Below are positions 25,477 to 35,479 of a stretch of DNA of 64,000 bases, piece after piece (within the stretch, counting starts at the first letter, position 1; each line of letters starts with the position of its first letter). Location of the stretch: NCBI RefSeq assembly GCF_006345805.1, contig NC_042998.1, forward strand, positions 201,686,001-201,750,000, given 5' to 3'. The position numbers and the translations under genes are program-made. The DNA comes from Octopus sinensis (Eukaryota). A model generated the notes under the pieces. That model worked only from the letters and a program-made list of their open reading frames with translations, was not told the origin of the DNA and did not search any database.

Positions 25477-26149
25477 TATCACTCAGGGTTGCGAGGAAGG
25501 GCTGGCCTCCCTTTGCAAATACTTCAAGGGCACTGAAATGGTGTCTAAAGCCAGCTGGAGACGACGATCTCTTGGGGCTATAAAGCTACAGTAGCACCCC
25601 CTCCCCTATGTGGTTAGCCATGTTAAGATGGCTTCTATACTTTACATTATCGAGCGATTACTGTTTCAATCTCATTCTGAGATTTAATAATGCTATATAT
25701 ACATTGTATTTTATTTAATTATTTAATTTTGTTATACAATATCTGATAGAATTATTATGAAGTTTACGTAAGATGCATTGAATAAATGGAGGAAGTCTCT
25801 CTTCGAACATGTTTTCTAAAGGTACTCTCTTTTCAAAATATTGAAGTTGAATTATAGATTGAAACAGGAAATAACGTTAACTTTACTCCTTCCATGTTGA
25901 TCGTTGTAATTATAAACGAACAAGAGAGTTTTAAGTCTTATACAATGTTACTCAGGTTGATATGTCCATCTCCCCTTCTTAAGGGCGATCCCCCACCATG
26001 ACGCTTTTTCATTAACAGGGGAAATACTAAATTCATGAAGTTACATAGACACTATACTTAATTTTATTTAATCATATTACTGTACTTGTAAGAACATATT
26101 TACAAATATTGGTTTGAAATATTAGCAAAAGGCTAGACATTTCGTTGAA

Positions 26150-26250
26150 GGGAACAAGTCGATTATATTGACAACATTACTCAATTGGTAGTTATTTTAT
26201 CGACCTCGAAAGATTGATCCGCAAAGTCAAACTTGTCAGAATTGGAACTA
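26150..26250 (-). mobile_element. Degenerate family E SINE fragment
   Basis: Recognisable central domain TTTATCGACCTCGAAAG..GCAAAGTC. Confidence 0.45.
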
Positions 26251-26665
26251 TCTCTTTCTCTCTCTGTTTCTCTCTCTTTCTCTCTTTCGTTGTATCATTC
26301 GACATTTTGAGTCACTTCCCTTGGCGTTAAGCAAAAGTTATGTAGGTACTGTTGCATTAGTATATCCTACATATTATCGGTCCATTATCAATTAGGATAT
26401 GTGATTATCTGAATATAATTCTATTATAAATAAACAGTATAGGAATTGAGTCAATTTTGATTGAATTTAGAACTGAAATTATCTTAATTGACTTTAAGCT
26501 GTTTTTCAGAATGGTATCATATTCGTTGGGGGCTCATACAATTGAGAAAACAATTATTCTGGTAGACACAATACATACATACATATATCTTGTAATCTAT
26601 TTAGAATTTATCAGTGATACAAACTTATTGCTATTCTTTATGAAACTCTCTTTCAAAATATAGTT

Positions 26666-27046
26666 TACTAACAGTATCGCCCGGCGTTGCTCGGGTTTGT
26701 AAGGGAAATAACTATATAAGCATTTTTAGAGTTATAGCCAAAAAATAGTAAAAAAAATGCATTAAAAATGGAAAGAAAATGATGGTAATTTTTTTTAAAA
26801 ATCGTTGACTCATCGTAGACATTTTTAGAGAGTTACATCCCTTATATAATCGCGAAAAATGCCTTAAAATAGAAAAAATGATGGTAATGTTTTTTAAAAA
26901 TCTTAGACTCATCGTAGACGCACGCTAATACCCAGAAAGGCTCGATATGAATCCCGACTATAAGATACCCGGTTTTGGTTAAACTGCACCGCAGGAATCT
27001 AAATCGTAGGAGCCAGACACACAAACTCTCTTTTATATATAAAGAT
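26666..27046 (+). mobile_element. Non-autonomous rolling-circle element (Helentron/DINE-1/Lep1-like)
   Basis: Starts TACTAACAG with subterminal hairpin CCCGGCGTTGCTCGGG, has an internal direct repeat of about 55 bp, ends ACAAACTCTCTTTTATATATAAAGAT, and lies between T residues. Confidence 0.65.
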
Positions 27047-27942
27047 TATGATATTAAACAGCTCAAGAGTACAATAACTAATACGAACTTCATATCTTCC
27101 GTGTATTACAAAAGTGGGTGCAGGAAAAGATGTTCTTCTTTCTACCTTGAAAACAACCAGATAATACAAAAGGAAAAATATGAATAAAATATTTTTAGAT
27201 ATCTAATAAAGCTTAGCATTACCAAACGAGGAACAGTAACCAAACATATATAAGAAGAATTATTTCTGTACAGCCATCCTATAGTTTGAATGGTGCGTTC
27301 ACTTCAGAAGCGCTAGAGCTGACTTAAAAGGTGAATGAAAACTTTAAATGAACATTCCTCGGTAAACATGCATTAATGAAAATTTTGTTTCTTGCATCTG
27401 AAATTCGTGAGCACCTTAAATTCATAGGATTTGATCTCATTAACAAAGCGGCAAGATTTGAAATTTGTCGTGATATATATCAAAAATATACTAACATACA
27501 TATATCTAACATATATCTATCGGCAAGGAATAATCCCCGATTTCTTTTTAAAATCGATATCTTAATCATTGGGCTTTGAGCATAATGGATTTGTTTTATT
27601 TTATTTCTTAAGGCTGACCGGGTGTAGTTGATGAGTGGTAGCATAACTTGTCATCTATATTCAGTTTTTGGTTTGCATGCAAATGCAATTTTCATTTTAA
27701 GTATCGTGACCTCCATTTATACACTGATCGACAACAAACTGTATAATATTCCCTCAACAAATGAGAATAAATATATTCAGTCGAAACAATTGTAGGATAC
27801 AATGCTAACTGAATATTTGGTGACACATGATATTTCAGATTGATGGTATAAACATATATGAGTTCGTCGAAACAAAATCACACGTGGAAATATGTATCAG
27901 ATTAATTATATACTTCCATAAGTACACACACAGACGCACATA

Positions 27943-27988
<46 letters not shown>

Positions 27989-28103
27989 TCCTTTTATTAT
28001 TGATTAATAAATTTTAGGGTAGCAAAAAGAATTCTAGAAAAATTCTCCGCTACCAGCGGTCAAGTGAGAGGGAGAAAAATAGTCAATAGACTATGTAATA
28101 TAC

Positions 28104-28440
28104 ATTCAAACATATAAGAGATGGCCATAATAGGACATCTGACTCACTAGAAAGAGCAGTTAAACCACTAATAGTTGTAATTCTGAAATGGAAGGAGAAA
28201 TAAAAACGTTTACCCTATCCTACCTGGACTATGCATAGTTTCGGCAATCTTTTGTAAATGAAATAAGATTTTATTTTATTTACAAAAGATTGCCAAAACT
28301 ATGCATAGTCCAGAAAGGAGAGGGTAAACGTTTTTATTTCTATTTCTATTTCAGAATTACAACTATTAGTGGTTTGGAGTTTAACTGCTCTTTCTAGTGA
28401 GTCAGATGTCCTACTATGGTCATCACTTATATGTTTGAAT
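28104..28440. repeat. 337-bp foldback palindrome (about 165-bp arms, 4-nt loop) containing the 3' half of a hammerhead
   Basis: Arms pair from ATTCAAACATATAAG to CTTATATGTTTGAAT; the minus strand of the left arm reads GATTGCC-GAAAC-TATGCATA-GTC-CAG. Confidence 0.9.
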
Positions 28441-28464
28441 TATATAAATATATGTATATATATA

Positions 28465-28680
28465 TTCGAAATGTGACTGCGTGTATACCGTTGGCGATTT
28501 TTTCCTCCGTCTTCCCTTCTTTGGATCTTTCCTTTTCCTATGTTTCTGACGAAGAGCTCCGCTCCAAAGTTAAGCCCTCCTTCTTTCCTTATTTCCTGAG
28601 CGTCCAATAACACTATACTTGTTCCACGTCCTCGCGTTGTTGTGTTTTCTCTTTGCGTTTTCATGTTTGGATTAAACTTT
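28465..28680 (+). mobile_element. Hammerhead-bearing mini-element, family PA copy 3
   Basis: GTTT-CTGACGA-A-GAGC-TCC-GCTC-CAAAGTT at 28542-28571; (TA)n on both sides. Confidence 0.75.
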
Positions 28681-28684
28681 ATAT

Positions 28685-28740
<56 letters not shown>

Positions 28741-28854
28741 TTAAGTAATTGAGATTCAAGTGAATTCTAAAGAATTCACATGAATATGGTCCTTAACTAG
28801 GGTGCACCGGAAATCTATATGGTGTTAACCATACGACAAGTGTTGTGATTACAA

Positions 28855-29923
28855 ATAGGAAAAAAGCAACAAGAATGGATTAAAATCTCTTAGTTTCTTT
28901 TACACTAATAATTAATTCTGCTAATCCTAGACCTATCGTAGTGTATTGTGATGTGATATAATATAATATAAAATAATATAATATAATATAGTGTAGTGTA
29001 TTATAGTATAGTATAATAATAATATAATTGTTTGGTTTCATTAAAAAACAACCCCATTTGTCTTTCCTTTCTAATGACCTCTCTTTGTAACCGACAATCT
29101 ATTAATAGTAACATTTATAAATAAAGAAATAAATTGTTGACCTCAGTTCGAATTTTGCACTAAACAAGCTTAGATTTTCTGTTAGTATCAACTTGTGTCC
29201 ATCCCCTTAGCTTCCCCTTTCCTTTCTCTTTGATAGCTTTAATAGCAGTAACTGATTAAATTCTACTTCCTTCCTCCTCTCTGTGATTCTTGTAAAATTC
29301 ATTAACAACCTGAACCGCTACAATATAAGACTGGCTCTTTGCTTCTCATTCGGATTCCCTGATATTTTCGCATGATTGTACCCTAAATCTCTTCACAAAA
29401 CTGGATTATGAACTATAAGGACATGCACATATTCTGTAAGTTCAAGACTTTTCATCGGATCTCCAAGAATCGAACTTATCTGCGATTCTTGTAACTTTCA
29501 ATAACAATCTGTTCCTCTACACGATATGACAGTCACTTTGCTTTTACTCAGACTTTCCTCTACATGATATGACAGTAACTTTGCTTCTTACTCGGATTTT
29601 CAGAAATTTTGCATGATTGTATCCGAAAATTTCTTCACACAACTTGATTAGAAATTCAATATGAGCTATATGTAGACATGCACAAATTCTGTAAGTTTAA
29701 AACCTTTCATCGGATCTCCATGAATCGAACTTTCTTCAATGCAGTTAATCTTACAACCTCTTTTGTATCTACCCCTTTTGATGTTTGGGAATTCTCTGAT
29801 GTTTTTTCGGCTGACGAGTACGAGCCATCTGTATTCACTGCATTTTTTGTAGCTTATAAAAGATGTCCTCGTACGAAACGATCGTACCGAGATTTTAATC
29901 CATTCTTGTTGCTTGTTTCCTAT
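28855..29923 (+). mobile_element. Putative Penelope-like element remnant with a 35-bp inverted terminal copy and an intact hammerhead near its 3' end
   Basis: 28855-28889 is the reverse complement (34/35) of 29889-29923; internal direct repeats; ends in (TA)n. No RT or GIY-YIG coding sequence recognised. Confidence 0.55.
29805..29892 (+). ncRNA. Type-I hammerhead ribozyme with intact catalytic core
   Basis: TTTCGG (29805-10), CTGACGA (29811-17), GTACGAG (29818-24) ... CTCGTAC (29868-74), GAAAC (29875-79), GATC, GTA (29884-86), CCGAGA (29887-92). Helix I 6 bp, helix II 7 bp plus a CATCT/AGATG extension, palindromic helix III ACGATCGT. Confidence 0.88.
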
Positions 29924-29927
29924 ATAT

Positions 29928-30012
<85 letters not shown>

Positions 30013-30042
30013 ATATATATTATATATGTATATATCTGTATG

Positions 30043-30075
<33 letters not shown>

Positions 30076-30641
30076 ATATGTATGCACGTATGTATATATT
30101 GTGTGTGTATGTGTGTGTGTGTGTGTTTGTGTGAGCATACGAATATTAATGTTTATAAAGAGTCCTATCTTCTTGACACGTATAAATATTTTCAGGGGAT
30201 ATACACTGATAAATTATTAGGACAAACTAGGGCATTACCATCCGTCGAAAAGAGATCAGTTGCAAAGAGTTACTGATTGCATGCTAGATGGTATCGCAAG
30301 GAATTTCAGTGGATGATGAAGTTGATTATATAACTTTGAGAAGACATTTATTGCATTTAAGGATCGCGTACCGAAATTTATTGCTTAATAGGTGGACACA
30401 TTGATGCAAACTTGCGCTTGGTATAAGTGATTAAAACTATCAGAAGTCCAATAATTCATAAAATCAAACAATTAACCAATTTTAATTTATGTAGTTGAGG
30501 CATTTCTGTTATTAATTAAACATTATTATTTTTTTTAATTCACTCACTTCGATGTTATAGCATTTAAAACGGCGGCACCTACATCTTTCCTTCTAAGATA
30601 TACTAGTCGTTGACAAAAGTTATGTATGTACCAGTGAATTT

Positions 30642-31061
30642 GCGCAGGAGTGGCTGTGTGGTAAGTAGCTTGCTAACCAACCACATGGTTCCGGGTTCAG
30701 TTCCACTGCGTGGCATCGTGGGTAAGTGTCTTCTGCTATGGCCCCGGGCCGACCAATGTCTTGTGAGTGGATTTGGTAGACGGAAACTGAAAGAAGCCTG
30801 TCGTATATATGTATATATATATATACGTGTCTGTGTTTGTGTGTCTGTGTTTGTCCCCCTAGCATTGCTTGACAACCGATGCTGGTGTATTTACGTCCCC
30901 GTCACTTAGCGGTTCGGCAAAAGAGACCGATAGAATAAGTACTGGGCTTACAAAGAATAAGTCCCGGGGTCGATTTGCTCGACTAAAAGCGGTGCTCCAG
31001 CATGGCCGCAGTCAAATGACTGAAACAAGTAAAAGAGTAAAGAGTAAAAGAGTAAAGAGTA
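30642..31061 (+). mobile_element. tRNA-derived SINE, family A
   Basis: Full head GCGCAGGAGTGGCTGTGTGGTAAG through a (AGTAAAAG)n-like tail. Confidence 0.9.
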
Positions 31062-31200
31062 TGGACATACAAATGAATACGAGATCATTACTCTTCTCTA
31101 AGAGTCAAAGAATGCACAAATTTTAGTCTGGGTTTTCTAGAAATATGTGAAGTAATACATCTTTTACACTTACATATCATAATAAACATTCTTTTCTTTC

Positions 31201-31595
31201 TTTTATTCTTTCACTTGTTTCAGTCATTTGACTGCGGCCATGCTGGAGCACCGCCTTTAATCGAGCAACTCGACCCCGGGTCTTATTCTTTTGTAAGCCC
31301 AGTACTTATTCTATCGGTCTCTTTTGCCGAACCGCTAAGTAACGGGGACATAAACACACCAGCATCGGTTGTCAAGCAATGCTAGGGGAACAAACACAGA
31401 CACACACATACATATATATATATACATATATACCAGAGGCTTCTTTCAGTTTCCATCTACCAAATCCACTCACAAGGCATTGGTCGGCCCGGGGCTATAG
31501 CAGAAGACACTTGCCCAAGATCCCACGCAGTGGGACAGAACCCGGAACCATGTGGTTGGTTAGCAAGCTACTTACCACACAGCCACTCCTGCGCC
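31201..31595 (-). mobile_element. tRNA-derived SINE, family A (inverted relative to the 30642 copy)
   Basis: Full-length copy, tail-to-tail with 30642-31061 and about 140 bp from it. Confidence 0.9.
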
Positions 31596-31690
31596 TTTTT
31601 ATATATATATATATATATATATATACATTTTAATATTTCTGTTGTAACTATTTGTTTTCCTTTGTGTTAGGATTGACGTCACTGATTGAA

Positions 31691-31833
31691 TATTTTTGCC
31701 AGCTGAGTGGACTGGAGCAACGTGAAATGAAGTGTTTTGCTCAAGAACACAACGCGTCGCCCGGTCCAGGAATCGAAACCACAATCTTACGATTATTATG
31801 CTGACACCCTAACTACTAAGCCACGCGCCTCCA
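31691..31833 (-). mobile_element. SINE head C with central domain
   Basis: Minus strand TGGAGGCGCGTGGCTTAGTAGTTAGG...GTTTCGATTCCTGG...TTGAGCAAAACACTTC. Confidence 0.8.
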
Positions 31834-32004
31834 CATCGAATATTTCGAAATCCCAACGGATTTAGCTTGGTAGATGCTTAAGATCACAACGTGTCGCCCG
31901 GTCCAGGAATCGAAACCACAATCTTACGATTATTATGCTGACACCCTAACTACTAAGCCACGCGCCTCCACATCGAATATTTCGAAATCCCAAAGAATTT
32001 AGCT
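31748..32004 (+). repeat. 137-bp-period tandem duplication of a SINE head plus flank
   Basis: 31748-31867 is repeated at 31885-32004. Confidence 0.9.
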
Positions 32005-32029
32005 CAAGCGTGGGCATAGGATTTTGTCG

Positions 32030-33060
32030 ATGACCTAGTTAAGATACACTTTGTTGTCATACAAACAAAATTAACTCCGTTTTTTTTGTTGGAATCAATG
32101 ATACTTTTGCAGCTTCATTTAATGTTGTTTGGAATGGATGACTATTCTTCAATAAAGCAGGGTTGAGTTTATTGGAACGCCCACATTTCTTCGGAATTTT
32201 TCTCTGATGACAGAAGTTTCAAACTTTGAGATATCAAGAGATTAATGACTTTTGGCTTCTTGTTTAGAGCAGAATAGTAATTTTTATGCCTGTGACTTCA
32301 ATACAACAGTCTCTCCAACTGTCATCAGCACCAGAAGTTTCTGCAATCATGAACATATAATTACTTCTTTATCATTATCGGACAATACCTTATTCCACAA
32401 GATTCCAGTGTCTGGAATGTCGTTAAATGTGGGTGGCTCAAATCGATGACGAATCGGAGCAGAGTCTTGAATATAATAATTTTAAAAAAAACAGAGACCA
32501 CAAAGGTGACATCCGTTTTGATTGCAGTTTGCAATATCTTCTTTTCCAATACTATCATCTCTTAGCTGCGTATTGTTTCTTATTCTTGTGTTGAAATCTC
32601 CTATGTAAAATATTTGTCTCGTGTTAAAACATTCAACATGATTGCCATTCACATGTAGGTAAACATTGTTCACACAAGATAGCTCGCTCTATAAAAGAGC
32701 TGCTCCTTATCCTGGTCTCATAGTGATGTTAATTTGAATGTGCCTTCATATATTTCACATTTCAAAGATTACGTTAATAGATACAGACTCACTTTTCATA
32801 GTGTTTCGACTGCTTCAATGGTGACACGTTGGATACTGATACCCACGAAGGTACTGAAAACTAGTTCACATCTGCAACCTACAGGTTTTGTGGTCCTTTT
32901 CCCTTTGTGAATGAGCAGCAGTATTCTAGAATAGGATTATCCAGACACATATGTAGGACTTGAAATTAGCTATAATTACTAGGTCTTAGGAAGACAACCG
33001 TAAATACATCTCACCCGAACGAGCAGAAACCTGCTAGTTGCTTCAAGCAACACCAACGTT
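32030..33060 (-). mobile_element. Degenerate RTE-clade AP-endonuclease region
   Basis: IGDFNTRIRNNTQLRDDSIGKEDIANCNQNG (cf. GDFNARVG...IG..G....N.NG), followed by a frame-shifted segment resembling the TW.HP...W..LDYV region. Confidence 0.55.
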
Positions 33061-33440
33061 TAACCATCATCCTTATCTTATAAACATTGGGACATTTTAG
33101 TAAAAGGAAATATAATGTTCACAGGAATCTTAGCAGGAGGAAACGCCGCCAAGGTTTATTCGTTGACGGTGGATTTCAGCTTACCAGGAAGTGGTAGTTT
33201 TGGAACAGTTGAAACGTAATTAAGATGAGCTCCTATGTTTGTCGACAATTGTTGCTTTAGGTTGAAGCGGTATTTGTCGTATTTAATCTCTTTGATTTTC
33301 GTTGACCTTACGCGAAAACGGTGGTCTATGAGCAATAGTATTCCCCCAGCATTGCTTAGAGAGTTACTAAGTTACGAAAACTGTCCACGTGACAAAAAGC
33401 AACATTCAAATGTAATAATATAAAAATGTAGTTATTGTAT

Positions 33441-33734
33441 CTATGTAAGAATACCTCTTTGTAAGAATACCTCTATCTAAGAATACCCCTTTGTAAGAAT
33501 ACCTCTTTGTAAGAATACCTCTATGTAAGAATACCTCTTGTGAATAAGCTATGTAAAATACTCTTTGTAAGAATACCTCTATGTAAGAATACCTCTATGT
33601 AAGAATACCTCTTTGTAAGAATACCTCTATGTAAGAATACCTCTTTGTAAGAATACCTCTTTGTAAGAATACCTCTTTGTAAGAATACCTCTTTGTAAGA
33701 ATACCTCTATGTAAGAATACCTCTATGTAAGAAT
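33441..33734 (+). repeat. 16-bp minisatellite GTAAGAATACCTCT(A/T)T, about 18 units
   Basis: Head-to-tail units without spacers; one degenerate unit near 33540-33565. Confidence 0.95.
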
Positions 33735-34384
33735 GTCGTATAACAGATAACAGTCAAGTATACATACACAAAATCAAATACTCTACACACACATACATAC
33801 ACGCACTCATACATCTGCGTATCACTTAACTGTAGTTTCCCAGCCTCCTCATATTCTGAAATTCCTATCGTATCCGCTCCATGACAGTTTTGTAGGCCTT
33901 TATTGATGATGTGGTCAGATACCTCATCTAAAATTCGTTCTATCCCATATTGAGGGTTTACTTTTACAGAGAACGCCATGTTTTATTTAGATTTGTTGCT
34001 TTTACCTATTACCGACTTCTCATTTATTCAGTCTATTCCGATATTGACATCACAAGTTTGGTTTCGTTTTGTTTTATTCTTTACCGCATTCTCTTCGCAT
34101 CACATTCTCTATGTCCACTTAGCATCATTTTCTATGTTTTAGAACAATTTGGTATTACTTCTCTATTCAAATCAGAACTGACTGCTGCCTCAGCAACTGT
34201 TGATATTTGTTGGTTTCTTTGAAACTAAAAGATATCAGTCTTTCTTCATTCGTGTTTTGCAGATATTCGTATTAATTTTGACTAATTCTTTATTAGATAT
34301 TACTGTTGCCAAGATGTCTTATAACGATTTCTAATGACAGAAGAACCATACAGCCCATTATTAAAGGTGTATGTATGTGTAAGT

Positions 34385-34434
34385 ATGTATATCTATCTAT
34401 CAATCTATCTATCTATCTATCTATCTACTATCTA

Positions 34435-34465
<31 letters not shown>

Positions 34466-34567
34466 ATATATATATATATATATATATATCTATATATAAT
34501 ACATATATATATATAGATATATATGCATATAATATATATATATATATGCATATATATATATATATAT

Positions 34568-34600
<33 letters not shown>

Positions 34601-34677
34601 GAAGTATATCTATATATATATATATATATAGTATATATATATATTATATATATATAATATATAAGTATATATATATA

Positions 34678-34719
<42 letters not shown>

Positions 34720-34735
34720 CATATATATATATAAT
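34385..34735. repeat. (TCTA)n plus (TA)n compound microsatellite
   Basis: Direct inspection. Confidence 0.9.
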
Positions 34736-35130
34736 GTTTTTTGCCAGTATTTCTCTCATGTGTTTTAAAATCACTCACTCAATACTGTTCTTCATATCTA
34801 GTCTTGTTCATTTCCTTACGCTCTAGATCAGAATATAACTATATGGACTGTTAGAATATCGTCACCAATTACTTTACTGTTTGCACTTAGCTCTTTTTTA
34901 TTATGTATGAACAGAGTGCTTAAGTGACGTGATATTCTTTTTAACCCTCTTCTGTTGCTGTGTTGTAAATTGTGTATACAGTTATTTGTTAAGTACATCT
35001 AAGTATGTACTTTCTTCAACTCTTTCATCTTTGTTTCCCTTTATATAACATTGCGACCGATTATATATTAATTTTCCCTATCTCGGAGGTCACTAGATGC
35101 ATTGTTCTATAACTTGTATTAATTTACCGG

Positions 35131-35167
<37 letters not shown>

Positions 35168-35174
35168 CATATAC

Positions 35175-35223
<49 letters not shown>

Positions 35224-35479
35224 CATATACATATACATATATATATGTATATATATATGCATGTATGTGTGTGTGTGTATGTACACTCATTGTAACTATT
35301 ATCAATTGTTAATCATGCTTAGCGTATATCTCAATGTAAAGGATAAAAAAGAAACGATTCATACACGTATTTCTATGGCATTCGTCTTAGCATGTTGATA
35401 AAAAATGTACCTTCAGATTCGGGACTACATCTCTATCAACAAGTTTTAGTTCTCTGATAGCAGTTATTGACCAATTTAT

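Noticed and set aside
27720-27800. GAAAC-AATT-GTA palindromic helix III with upstream CTGATCGA
   Set aside because: The core is non-canonical and helix I does not pair; at most a decayed remnant.
33441-33734. Regular short repeat array resembling CRISPR
   Set aside because: There are no unique spacers and no cas genes, and the context is eukaryotic; it is a plain minisatellite.
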